Shown here piece after piece: positions 1-9,050 of a stretch of DNA of 64,000 nucleotides (within the stretch, counting starts at the first letter, position 1; each line of letters starts with the position of its first letter). The notes beneath the pieces are model-generated. The model made no database searches and was not told where the DNA came from. It saw only the letters and a list, made by a program, of their open reading frames with translations. The translations under genes and the position numbers were made by a program. This stretch comes from Gammaproteobacteria bacterium (GTDB lineage: Bacteria > Pseudomonadota > Gammaproteobacteria > GCA-001735895): the NCBI GenBank assembly GCA_030595795.1, contig JAUVCH010000003.1, positions 1,173 through 65,172 of the forward strand. Reading direction: 5' to 3'.

Positions 1-231
1 GTTTTACAACCCGCAGCAACCTGGTGGTTAGCCCTGCAATTTGGCCTCGACGATAACGTCACGCGTTCCATCGTGTTAATGGCTGCGATGGCGCCTGGAC
101 TGAACGCCTACCTGTTTGCAAGCATGTATCAGCGTAGTCTGGATACTACATCAAGTACGGTATTATTATCGACTGTTTTGTCGGTTTTCAGTGTCAGTGC
201 CTGGCTCATCGTCTTGCATAATTACATTTAA
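1..231 (+). CDS. AEC (auxin-efflux-carrier-like) family transporter, C-terminal 76 codons; the 5' end lies outside the window
   Basis: Frame 1 is open from nt 1 to TAA at 229-231. The translation (...SIVLMAAMAPGLNAYLFASMYQRS...LLSTVLSVFSVSAWLIVL) is two hydrophobic helices typical of the AEC transporter C-terminus. Confidence 0.55.
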   Translation, partial: VLQPAATWWLALQFGLDDNVTRSIVLMAAMAPGLNAYLFASMYQRSLDTTSSTVLLSTVLSVFSVSAWLIVLHNYI

Positions 232-246
232 CGTAAGGTCACGACG

Positions 247-954
247 ATGATTTCCGACTCGCCCAGTGTCATGCGCAAGGCTTTGAAAGATTCACTCAGC
301 CTGCCCGCCTTCATCTTGTTTTTCACCATGATGGGCTTCGGCTCCTTTGCTCGCAGTACCGGCTTTGGTGTCGAAATGGCGGTCGTCGCATCGCTATTTA
401 TATGGGGTTTACCAGGCCAACTGGTGATGGCCGAATTAACCGCAACTGGACAACCGATTTTCGCCATTATATTTGCCTGCTCCCTGGCCAACGCACGCTT
501 CCTGCCAATGGTGGTTTCGTTTTTACCCACCATATCCCGACCAGGTGCGAAATTTGGCCAAATGGTGCTCGATGCCCAGCTCCTGTCGATTAATTCATGG
601 GCTATGTGTCAACGAGAATTCCCCAGGATCGCACCCGATCAGCGGCGGCGATATTTTTTGGTATTCGCTTCGGTGATTTTACTGGCGGCAGTGATCGGCA
701 CCGCCATCGGCCATACAGTCTCGGTTTTGTTGCCTCAGCCGCTGGTTCTCGGTCTGATATTCACCAGTCCGCTATTTTTCGCCCTGGTTTTATCGGCTGT
801 TCCCGCCTTATCGCATCGGCTAGCTTTGTTATCGGGCTGTTTGATCGTACCTTTGGCGAACGAATGGTTTCCATCCATCGACCTGCTACTAACAGGGTTA
901 ATAGGCGGCACCATTGCTTTTCTGATCGGCAAGTCGAGGCGTAAAACTCGATGA
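247..954 (+). CDS. azlC: AzlC-family branched-chain amino acid exporter subunit
   Basis: 235-aa polytopic membrane ORF with an AzlC-like N-terminal pattern (FILFFTMMGFGSFARSTGFG...WGLPGQLVMAEL). Its stop overlaps the next start (ATGA at 951-954). Confidence 0.8.
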   Translation: MISDSPSVMRKALKDSLSLPAFILFFTMMGFGSFARSTGFGVEMAVVASLFIWGLPGQLVMAELTATGQPIFAIIFACSLANARFLPMVVSFLPTISRPGAKFGQMVLDAQLLSINSWAMCQREFPRIAPDQRRRYFLVFASVILLAAVIGTAIGHTVSVLLPQPLVLGLIFTSPLFFALVLSAVPALSHRLALLSGCLIVPLANEWFPSIDLLLTGLIGGTIAFLIGKSRRKTR

Positions 955-1295
955 GCACTCAAACCTTATGGATCATCGTCATAGGCAGTATTTTATCGAC
1001 CTTCATCTGGCGGTTTCTGGGTGCTGTTGTGGTGAGGAAGATTTCCGCGCAGGGGGATTTATTCGAATGGGTGACCTGTGTCTCCTACGCTATGGTAGCA
1101 GGCCTGGTATTCCGTATGATTATCCTGCCGCAGAGCGAACTGGCGACCTTATCTATCGGCGTTCGGGTATCAGCAGTAGTGCTCGCCTTTGCCGCTTATT
1201 TTCTGTTTAAACGGAATTTGCTGGCAGGCGTGTTGGTTGGCAGCCTTAGTTTGTCCTTGATGGCGGGTTTATCGGTCGGGGCTGAATTATTTTAA
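951..1295 (+). CDS. azlD: AzlD-family small membrane subunit
   Basis: 114-aa ORF with four hydrophobic helices, translationally coupled to the azlC-like ORF. This is the classic AzlCD arrangement. Confidence 0.7.
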   Translation: MSTQTLWIIVIGSILSTFIWRFLGAVVVRKISAQGDLFEWVTCVSYAMVAGLVFRMIILPQSELATLSIGVRVSAVVLAFAAYFLFKRNLLAGVLVGSLSLSLMAGLSVGAELF

Positions 1296-1368
1296 TTCTC
1301 TAAATTCAGATACTTACGGGGTTGGGGGACGGCAAAAGTAGTGGAAAATTAACTAGAACTCTAGCGTT

Positions 1369-1599
1369 TTACTCTCTTGTGGTAGTCGTGTTGGTTTCTG
1401 ATTTATTCCTGAGAACCCAGACGGGTATGAGAAATACAAAACAGGCAACTAGAAAAAGCACGCTAGCGAGTAGGCTGATCATATCAGCCGCACGTATCGA
1501 ACTCCAAATAAAAAAAATGGCGGATAGGGTGAACAGAATCCAACCAGTGAAATTCAATGTCCAAACGATTCGATTATTCAAGAATATTTTTGGTTCCAT
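1369..1599 (-). CDS. Small hypothetical membrane protein (76 aa, two TM helices)
   Basis: The ORF has two clear hydrophobic helices (WILFTLSAIFFIWSS, LLASVLFLVACFVFLIPVWVL). The overlapping plus-strand ORF 1322-1639 looks non-protein-like. No family is recognised with certainty. Confidence 0.4.
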   Translation of the reverse strand: MEPKIFLNNRIVWTLNFTGWILFTLSAIFFIWSSIRAADMISLLASVLFLVACFVFLIPVWVLRNKSETNTTTTRE

Positions 1600-1705
1600 A
1601 GTTCGTAAACACCTTATAGCAAGAAAAATATTTCAGTAGGCTTCCAGGCACAATTTCGACACAGATCGGGATCACAAATTATCTGGTGGTCCAAAACTAG
1701 CCGAT

Positions 1706-3217
1706 TTAACCACTAGTAATCGGCGGACGCCGATTCTTCTTAAAAAACGCACCATAGATACTGCCGCAAAGTGTAAGAACACCAGCAACTAGAAGGCCAA
1801 ACGCAATCGGCCGATCAAGATATCCGCTCCATTCGAAATGCAGCATTTGCATCGCCTGAGCGAATGTTTGTTCGCCGATTTTACCGAGGATCAGGCCGAG
1901 CACGATCCCCGCCACCGAATAACCCGAGCGTCTCAGGAAGAAGCCGATTACGCCAGCCAGAAACATGACGATGACGTCGATGGTCAATCCGCGTACTGCG
2001 TAAGCACCGACGGTCGCTAGTAATAAAATCATCGGTGCAAGGAACTGGAATGGGATTCTCAAGAGATTGATGATGGTTTTGGTTTCCAGAAAACCAATAA
2101 ACAGAATCGAGATGTTAGCGAAGAACATCGCCGCAAATACTACCCAGACCAGATCGGCACTGTTGATAAATACCAGCGGACCGGGTTCCATATCGTGCAT
2201 CTGAAATACACCGACCATCATTGCGGTGAGCGCACCGCCGGGTAGTCCGAGTGCCAATAAAGGAATCATCGCCGCACCAGTTGCAGCATTGTTGGCGGTC
2301 TCGGAAGAGATAACACCTTCGAGTTTGCCCTTACCGAATTCTTCGGGTGTCTTCGACCATCGTACGGCTTCGTTGTAGCCCATGAATGCCGCTAGTGTCG
2401 CGCCAATGCCAGGCAATATGCCGCAGAAGAAGCCGATAACGATAGAACGAATTACCGCAAATTTATGCGCGATAAGTTCGCTTAAGCTTGGGAAATCGAC
2501 ACTGATTTTGGGTGCCACAAAATCGCCTTTTACTTTCTTTTCTACTTGCACAAATATTTCAGACACCGCGAAAAAACCGAGGATGGTGGGAATAAAATGT
2601 ATACCGGCCAGCAGATATGGCATTTCAAAATCGTATCGCTCGATACCGCCGACCGGGTCGAGTCCGACCACGGCCACCATAAGTCCAGCCAGTATCGACA
2701 ACCAGCCTTTCCAGAAAGTTTTAGCACCAACAGACGCGGCCACGGCAAGACCGAAGAAGACTAACGCGAATATTTCCGGCGGCCCGAAGGCTGAAATCGC
2801 CCAGTCCGCGATTGCTGCGGTGGCCAGCATCATGATGATAGTCGAAACAGTGCCACCGAGGGCCGAGCACATCACCGCCGCACCAACGGCTTTACCGGCC
2901 TGACCTTTTAGGGTCATCGGGTAACCATCGAAAGCAGTTGGGGCATTTTCCGGCGCGCCAGGAATATTAAACAGAATTGCGGTAATCGCGCCGCCGTAAA
3001 CACCGGTACAGTAAATTACCGAAAACAGCATAATGCCGTGCTCCGGTGAAAGATGCGCGGTGAATGGCAACAGGATGGCTGCCAGGGTCAACATGCTAAC
3101 ACCGGGTATCGCTCCGAATAACATGCCGCCGATGACACCACCGAAGAAAATCAGAACACCCATGGGATCGCTAAATAGCGTTATCGTACCGGTGAGAAAA
3201 TTATTGAATGCATCCAC
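1706..3217 (-). CDS. tctA: Tripartite tricarboxylate transporter large permease TctA
   Basis: About 500-aa polytopic protein with TctA-like sequence throughout (GAIPGVSMLTLAAILLPFT..., GILPGIGATLAAFMGY...). The ORF is open to 3262, but a GTG at 3215-3217 preceded by GGGAGA gives the usual TctA N-terminus (VDAFNNFL...) and avoids overlap with tctB. Confidence 0.9.
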   Translation of the reverse strand: MDAFNNFLTGTITLFSDPMGVLIFFGGVIGGMLFGAIPGVSMLTLAAILLPFTAHLSPEHGIMLFSVIYCTGVYGGAITAILFNIPGAPENAPTAFDGYPMTLKGQAGKAVGAAVMCSALGGTVSTIIMMLATAAIADWAISAFGPPEIFALVFFGLAVAASVGAKTFWKGWLSILAGLMVAVVGLDPVGGIERYDFEMPYLLAGIHFIPTILGFFAVSEIFVQVEKKVKGDFVAPKISVDFPSLSELIAHKFAVIRSIVIGFFCGILPGIGATLAAFMGYNEAVRWSKTPEEFGKGKLEGVISSETANNAATGAAMIPLLALGLPGGALTAMMVGVFQMHDMEPGPLVFINSADLVWVVFAAMFFANISILFIGFLETKTIINLLRIPFQFLAPMILLLATVGAYAVRGLTIDVIVMFLAGVIGFFLRRSGYSVAGIVLGLILGKIGEQTFAQAMQMLHFEWSGYLDRPIAFGLLVAGVLTLCGSIYGAFFKKNRRPPITSG

Positions 3218-3237
3218 TTTAGTTTCTCCCCAATCGA

Positions 3238-3951
3238 TTACTGTAAAACAGTGACGACCCAACTACCGATATCGTAGAAAGGGCGAATATTGCCTATCGG
3301 CAGACCGACAAACAGGATTTTCACGAACAGCAGCATGAGCAGGCCATAGATCAGGCCGGCGACTAATGCCATGGGTTTAGCGCGGCGCTCACCGAACAGG
3401 TACATAACGCCGATGATAAAAAATGGAGCTATCGAATAAAACCCCATGTCTTCCAGCAGCGCAGCAAAAAACAGTGGTAAGGTTAGCATCGCGCCCACCA
3501 TATTGCGGCGCATGTAATAAACGAAAACTCCTGCCAGAATTACCGCGCAAACAATGCGTATAACATGCGCAGATGTGCCTTCGAGCGATAAAAACGACGC
3601 GATCCAGTCGGGAACTCGCATATAGGCAAATGGTATAACTAGCAGGCCGAATGTTGATGCGTACCACTTAAGACTTTCGTGATGGGACTCGTGCGCCGCT
3701 TCTTCGGCACCATCGTCGGTAGCTGCGCTTATTATCTGCGACGAAGATTCATCGCCTTTTTTCCAGTGGTGGAATAATTGTCCAATAGCAGCTATCGCCA
3801 TTAATAGAATAATAACCCGAGGCCAGGCACTGGCACCGAATTTATAGATTTCGATATCTTTGTCGAAATCGAATGAATAAATGTACAAAAACAGGCACAG
3901 TAACAGCCACAGCCCCGCTTCTACCAGGTGTCCGACTCTTAACTGACCCAT
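3238..3951 (-). CDS. tctB: TctB-like small membrane subunit of the TTT transporter (unusually long, 237 aa)
   Basis: Assigned by position between tctC and tctA and by its multiple TM helices. It contains an acidic/His-rich hydrophilic loop (DESSSQIISAATDDGAEEAAHESHHES) not expected in the roughly 150-aa TctB proteins. Confidence 0.6.
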   Translation of the reverse strand: MGQLRVGHLVEAGLWLLLCLFLYIYSFDFDKDIEIYKFGASAWPRVIILLMAIAAIGQLFHHWKKGDESSSQIISAATDDGAEEAAHESHHESLKWYASTFGLLVIPFAYMRVPDWIASFLSLEGTSAHVIRIVCAVILAGVFVYYMRRNMVGAMLTLPLFFAALLEDMGFYSIAPFFIIGVMYLFGERRAKPMALVAGLIYGLLMLLFVKILFVGLPIGNIRPFYDIGSWVVTVLQ

Positions 3952-3982
3952 GGATTTACCTGTTTATATTGATGGAAAAAGC

Positions 3983-4008
3983 AACGCCCTGACGAATATC
4001 AGGGCGTT
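3983..4008 (-). terminator. Intercistronic stem-loop between tctC and tctB (attenuator or mRNA-stabiliser candidate)
   Basis: AACGCCCTGA(3983-3992)/TCAGGGCGTT(3999-4008) form a perfect 10-bp stem with a 6-nt loop. On the minus strand the hairpin is followed by GCTTTTTCC. It lies immediately downstream of the tctC stop. Confidence 0.4.
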
Positions 4009-4034
4009 GGGTTTCATTTAACATAGCCTGGAAA

Positions 4035-5063
4035 CTACTTAACTTCTAGCCCCATATCTTTGTAAACTTCACGGTACTGGGCGACAGTAGTATCGATCAA
4101 TTTTCGCGAACCCGCAGTATCGCGGTAACTTTCGATCAGGGTCATATACTTGCTGTCGTTAAACTTCTGGTAGCTAGGCTGGCAAAAACCTTTCTGAAAA
4201 GCCCATTGCAGCCACTTGACCCGATCGGCAGGTGCATCTTTGTGTACGTAGAAACCACGAAAACGGAACAGGGGGTCGAAATCCAGGCCTGCATCGGTAA
4301 GACTGGGCACGTCGGCGAATACAGAGGGGCGCTCCTTCAGAATGGTTAGTATAGGCTTAAATTTTCCGGCATCGAGAAACTTCCTAACGTCACCGGGTTG
4401 CTCGAACAGCGCATCAACCTGGCCACCAGCGAGTGCGCCGTAGCGAGGGGCACCTTTATCAAACGAGATTTGCTGGATTTTCATGCCGGTTGCATCGGTG
4501 ATAAATTTCATTGTGACACGTTCCATCGAACCTTCTTTGGATACATTGGCGATAGTCGCCCTACCGTTTTGTGCCTTCACCCATTTAACGAATGAATCCC
4601 AATCGTTGAAACGGTCGTCGCCGACGCGCATATAAACCTGCGAAAAAGTGATTTGCGAAGTCACCAGGGGAATCAGGTCTACTGCCGGATTAGGTTTACT
4701 TGAATCGAGTGCATGCGCGCTTGAGGCATCGTCGATATGTTCAAGAACGGTATAGCCGTCGGCTGGCATTGCCATGAATGCTGTCATACCCACAGTACCC
4801 GAACCACCGGGCTTGTGATCGCGGTTAATCGAAACGCCGGTCAGATCGCTGACTGCTGTGGCCATGCCCTGGGCAACCTGACCCGAGCCACCGGCTGGAC
4901 CGTAGGGAACTACCATAGTTAGAGCGCGAGCCGGAAAACCGTCGGGCTTAGCTTGCGAAGAAGCTAGCCCATCAGTAGCGCAGGCGGCATAGGCAATATT
5001 CGCCGAGAGTGCCATGGTGGCAAAAACCACACCGATACTAGCAATATATTTTTTTAATTTCAT
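4035..5063 (-). CDS. tctC: TctC/Bug-family periplasmic substrate-binding protein of the TTT transporter
   Basis: 342 aa with a signal peptide (MKLKKYIASIGVVFATMALSANIAYA) and a Bug/TctC-like body (VVPYGPAGGSGQVA..., RFRGFYVHKDAP). It is adjacent to tctBA. Confidence 0.85.
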   Translation of the reverse strand: MKLKKYIASIGVVFATMALSANIAYAACATDGLASSQAKPDGFPARALTMVVPYGPAGGSGQVAQGMATAVSDLTGVSINRDHKPGGSGTVGMTAFMAMPADGYTVLEHIDDASSAHALDSSKPNPAVDLIPLVTSQITFSQVYMRVGDDRFNDWDSFVKWVKAQNGRATIANVSKEGSMERVTMKFITDATGMKIQQISFDKGAPRYGALAGGQVDALFEQPGDVRKFLDAGKFKPILTILKERPSVFADVPSLTDAGLDFDPLFRFRGFYVHKDAPADRVKWLQWAFQKGFCQPSYQKFNDSKYMTLIESYRDTAGSRKLIDTTVAQYREVYKDMGLEVK

Positions 5064-5172
5064 CGAAATAACTCCTCTATATTAGTGTTTTTTATTGGTA
5101 ATTTCTTTTTATAATTAGCCGCCAGATGGTATACCAGCTTTACAGAACTGTCTAGCCGACCCCCATCGAAAT

Positions 5173-5928
5173 TTACTGGAAGGCGCGCCACAGCATGGCA
5201 ACCCCCGAAACCATTAAAATTCCAATAATCAGCGTTTTGAACTTTTCATCGCTGATATGCCCGCGAACCCGTTGCCCAAGTACCATGCCGAGGATAACCG
5301 GTATCGCCGCCAGGGTTGAGAAAATCAGCATTTCCTGGTCGAGAATACCAAACAGGTAAAGGCTGATCGCCCAGGGCACTACGGCGCTGACATAGAGAAA
5401 GCTAATGGCACTGACAAACTGATTCTTGTTTAGATCGCGAATCGATATGAGATAAACCACCAGCATCGGCCCAAAAAATGACGATATGCCACCTATCAGA
5501 CCACTGGCCAAACCGAAAACACCACCGCTGGGTTTAATCATCGATTCATTCAGGTAAAACCGGTAACTGGAGCCCTGTAACAAGGCAAAAGCGATTACCG
5601 CTATACCGACGGTAACCAGCAAGGTTTGTTCGTCGATAACTGACAATATCTTCACGCCAACCCAGATACCGATGAGTATACCAACGAATGTAGGCCAGAA
5701 ACGGCGCACCACCGCAGTACTGCGCTCAGCCTGAGAAAATTGCCATAGATTGGCCACAACGACGGGAATCGCCATGATTGCAATCGCCATTTGCGGTGGT
5801 AGCACCATTGCCATCATTGGTACCGTCAGTAACGGCGTGCCGACGCCAAGCGCTCCTTTGATAAAACCGCCAAAGCCCAGCGCGAAGAAACACCAGGCGA
5901 TAAGCCATAATTCATAATCAGCAAACAA
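5173..5928 (-). CDS. TauE/SafE (DUF81) family anion/sulfite exporter-like membrane protein
   Basis: 251 aa, with 7-8 TM helices and Gly-rich helix starts (GFGGFIKGALGVGTPLL, GLASGLIGGISSFFGP) typical of the TauE/SafE family. Confidence 0.8.
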   Translation of the reverse strand: MFADYELWLIAWCFFALGFGGFIKGALGVGTPLLTVPMMAMVLPPQMAIAIMAIPVVVANLWQFSQAERSTAVVRRFWPTFVGILIGIWVGVKILSVIDEQTLLVTVGIAVIAFALLQGSSYRFYLNESMIKPSGGVFGLASGLIGGISSFFGPMLVVYLISIRDLNKNQFVSAISFLYVSAVVPWAISLYLFGILDQEMLIFSTLAAIPVILGMVLGQRVRGHISDEKFKTLIIGILMVSGVAMLWRAFQ

Positions 5929-6064
5929 GCAAGGTATCTCCAGAGAAAGCGCGTTATCTTAACAGTGCGTAAATAGCATCGACAAACAAATATTAAGTGC
6001 CAATTTGAAAAGCGAAGCCCAACCTGTAAACTTGCGGCCTTCTCATTATTAAGAGACAGAAATC

Positions 6065-7498
6065 GTGGCAAAGCCGGTATCCAGTAGCGTCAGTGGCGCA
6101 AGCAATGAAGAAATTGAAATTATAAAACGATTAGTCGAGCTGGGACGAATGGCCATGGCAAGTATCGCCAACGCCGATCAGGCTCGTATCGACGAAATCG
6201 TCACTGCGGTGGCCTGGTCATTATACAAACCCGAGAACGCACAACGTCTGGCTGAAATGGCCGTCGAAGATACCGGCATCGGTAACGTTAAGGACAAGGT
6301 CATCAAAAATCAACGTAAAACCTTCGGTACCTTGCGTGATTTGATGCGGGCTAAAACCGTCGGCATCATAAGCCAGGATCGAGACCGTGGCCTGGTGCAA
6401 TACGGCAAGCCAGTTGGCGTGGTAGCTGCCATCACACCTTCCACAAATCCTGCCGCCACCCCGGTGAACAAATCGATGATGGCTTTGAAAGGCGCAAATG
6501 CCATTATCATCGCACCCTCTCCTGCCGGTTGGAGCAGTACCAACGCCACGGTCGAGTTGATGCGTTCGGCTTTAGCGAAGGTCGGCGCGCCTCAGAATTT
6601 AGTACAAATACTTCCAGCGCCGGTGTCTCGCAACCTGACCAAATTATTAATGGAACAGGCTGATTTGATCATCGCCACCGGGTCGCAGAATAATGTTCGT
6701 TCGGCGTACAGCAGCGGCACACCCGCGATTGGTGTTGGTGCTGGCAATGTGCCGGTGATCATCGATTCGAGTGCCGATTTAAAAGACGCCGCAGAGAAAA
6801 TTTGCGCCTCCAAGACTTTCGATAACTCGACCTCCTGTTCTTCGGAAAACTCACTCGTCATTCTCGACGATGTTTATGATGAAGCGATCACTGCCCTGCA
6901 ATCGGCTGGTGCCTACCGCTGCAGTGCCGACGAGAAAGCCGCTATTCAAGATAAACTATGGATTAACGGTAATCTCAACCGCGATTTAATCGCCAAAGAC
7001 GCCGATATTTTCGCACAGGGAGTCGGCCTGGATAACGACTCAGACAAGGCAAAGTTTTTCCTGGTCGAAGAAGACTTTGACCCTGACTCATTATTCTCCG
7101 ATGAAAAGCTGTCGCTGGTGTTAACGGTTTATCGTGCTCGTGATTTTGATCACGCGGAATCTCTGGTACGAGACATTCTCAATGTCCAGGGTCGCGGGCA
7201 TTCCTGCGGTATTCATACCAGTAATCCAGACCATCCGACGCGTCTGGCCGAAAACATCGACGTAGTCCGCGTTCTGGTTAATCAGCCGCATACCTTCGGT
7301 AACGGCGGTAGTTTCAATAATGCGCTGAACTTCACCCTGAGTATGGGCTGCGGCACCTGGGGTGGTAATAGCATTAGCGAAAACCTGAATTATCGCCATT
7401 TCATCAATATTACCAATCTGGTGACCACGGTCGGTGAAGATAAACCTTCCGAAGAAGATTTATTCGGTGCCTACTTCGAACGTTACGGTAAAGAATAG
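6065..7498 (+). CDS. CoA-acylating aldehyde dehydrogenase (SucD/EutE/SauS-like)
   Basis: 477 aa with a GTG start. It has acylating-ALDH architecture, with a catalytic Cys context TFDNSTSCSSENS and a GVGAGNVPVIID motif. It lacks the longer C-terminus of hydrolytic ALDHs. Confidence 0.8.
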   Translation: MAKPVSSSVSGASNEEIEIIKRLVELGRMAMASIANADQARIDEIVTAVAWSLYKPENAQRLAEMAVEDTGIGNVKDKVIKNQRKTFGTLRDLMRAKTVGIISQDRDRGLVQYGKPVGVVAAITPSTNPAATPVNKSMMALKGANAIIIAPSPAGWSSTNATVELMRSALAKVGAPQNLVQILPAPVSRNLTKLLMEQADLIIATGSQNNVRSAYSSGTPAIGVGAGNVPVIIDSSADLKDAAEKICASKTFDNSTSCSSENSLVILDDVYDEAITALQSAGAYRCSADEKAAIQDKLWINGNLNRDLIAKDADIFAQGVGLDNDSDKAKFFLVEEDFDPDSLFSDEKLSLVLTVYRARDFDHAESLVRDILNVQGRGHSCGIHTSNPDHPTRLAENIDVVRVLVNQPHTFGNGGSFNNALNFTLSMGCGTWGGNSISENLNYRHFINITNLVTTVGEDKPSEEDLFGAYFERYGKE

Positions 7499-7500
7499 AC

Positions 7501-9033
7501 ATGGATACAGTTCGCGCCAGCATCGAGCGACATGCGCTTGGTTCACCTGATAAAGCATTTCTTATTACACCCGAACTAAATCGGGAACTAACGTTTGCTC
7601 AATTAAAAACATCGGTAGACAAGATTGGCGAGCGCCTGTCGGATCTGGGGCTAGCCAAAGCCACCAAAGTCGCCTTTCTGCTCAACAACGGCTTCTGGAC
7701 GGTGCAGTTGTTCCTGGGCGTGATGGCCAATAATCGCGTGATCGTGCCACTGAATGCGGTGGCCGGAAATGTTCAATTGATCCACATACTCGGTCATTCG
7801 GATGCCGAGGTAGTCTTTGTCTCGCCGGATTATCGCGAAAAACTCGACGAGCTACTGGCTGCTATCGATCGTGAAGTTCTGGTAATCGAAACCGACGAAG
7901 AGACCGGTCCGGTCTGGCCTGAGCAACAAACTCCCTGCGACTTCATCGACAACCCTACTGAAGAAGATCCTGCGTTATTATTGTACACCTCAGGTTCTAC
8001 CGGCCTGCCTAAGGGCGCCGTGATCAGCCATCGCGCGGTTACCAGCGGCGGGCGTAATGTTACCGAAGGTCATGATTTGACCGCCGATGACCGCGCACTT
8101 TGCGTGCTTCCGGTTTATCACATCAATGGTGCCATGGTAACGGTCTCTGCGCCACTTTATAGCGGTAGTAGTGTGGTCATGCCAAAGCGCTTCAGCGCCG
8201 GGGAATTCTGGAATCTGATAGCCGAATACGACTGTACGTGGAGCAGTATCGTACCGACCATCATCAAATACCTGCTCGATCGAGTCGGTCAGGACGATTA
8301 CGATTTTGGCAATGACGAACGTCTGAAGGCATTTCGCTTTGCGCGTTCAGCCTCAGCACCGCTGCCAAGAGCTACCCTCGCAGAGTGGCAAAAAACCTTC
8401 AAACTGCCAATGATCGAAACCCTGGGCCTGACCGAAACCGCAGGCACAGTATCAACCAACCCAATGCCGCCTGCCGCATGCAAGCCCGGCTCGGTCGGTC
8501 TACCCTGCGGCAACGAGATTCAAATTGTCGATAAAAATAATCAGCCCTGCCCGCCCGGCGTAGTCGGTGAAGTCAGTATTCGCGGCAGCAATCTGTTAAC
8601 GCTTTATTATAAAAACCCGGAAGCTACCGAATCGTCACTTATTAACGGCTGGTTCCTCACTGGAGATCTCGGTCAGAAAGACGAGGAAGGCTATATTTTC
8701 CTTACCGGCCGCTCGAAGGAGTTAATAATCCGCGGTGGAGAGAATATCGCTCCACGAGAAATCGACGATATACTCTACCAACACGAAGCAATACTCGAAG
8801 CCGCAGCAGTTGGTGTCGATGATGAAAACTACGGCCAGGAAGTCGTCGCCTGCGTCGCAATTCGCGATGGTTATAGCTGTAGCGAAGCCGAGCTGAAAGC
8901 CTTTTGCGAGGAAAGCATCGGCAAGTACAAGGCACCAAAGATTATTTATTTTTTCGATGAATTACCAAAGGGGCCATCGGGTAAGATATTACGGTTGCAG
9001 TTGCCTAAGTTGATCGACTCGTTACACCGGTAG
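7501..9033 (+). CDS. AMP-dependent acyl-CoA synthetase/ligase (ANL superfamily)
   Basis: 510 aa with the AMP-binding signature LLYTSGSTGLPKGAV, plus TGDLG and the C-terminal PKGPSGKILR. Its ATG lies 3 nt after the upstream stop. Confidence 0.88.
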   Translation: MDTVRASIERHALGSPDKAFLITPELNRELTFAQLKTSVDKIGERLSDLGLAKATKVAFLLNNGFWTVQLFLGVMANNRVIVPLNAVAGNVQLIHILGHSDAEVVFVSPDYREKLDELLAAIDREVLVIETDEETGPVWPEQQTPCDFIDNPTEEDPALLLYTSGSTGLPKGAVISHRAVTSGGRNVTEGHDLTADDRALCVLPVYHINGAMVTVSAPLYSGSSVVMPKRFSAGEFWNLIAEYDCTWSSIVPTIIKYLLDRVGQDDYDFGNDERLKAFRFARSASAPLPRATLAEWQKTFKLPMIETLGLTETAGTVSTNPMPPAACKPGSVGLPCGNEIQIVDKNNQPCPPGVVGEVSIRGSNLLTLYYKNPEATESSLINGWFLTGDLGQKDEEGYIFLTGRSKELIIRGGENIAPREIDDILYQHEAILEAAAVGVDDENYGQEVVACVAIRDGYSCSEAELKAFCEESIGKYKAPKIIYFFDELPKGPSGKILRLQLPKLIDSLHR

Positions 9034-9050
9034 GGCAGATATAACACACC

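Noticed and set aside
2382-2903. Large antisense or overlapping ORFs in the track. Examples are 2382-2903, 20528-20926, 29216-29596, 30592-30924, 31911-32300, 40227-40739, 42403-42771, 56507-56899, 59801-60226, 60207-60596 and 62526-62930.
   Set aside because: They lie entirely within stronger, family-assignable genes on the other strand or frame. Their translations are Arg/Ser/Pro-rich and low-complexity, as is typical of shadow ORFs.
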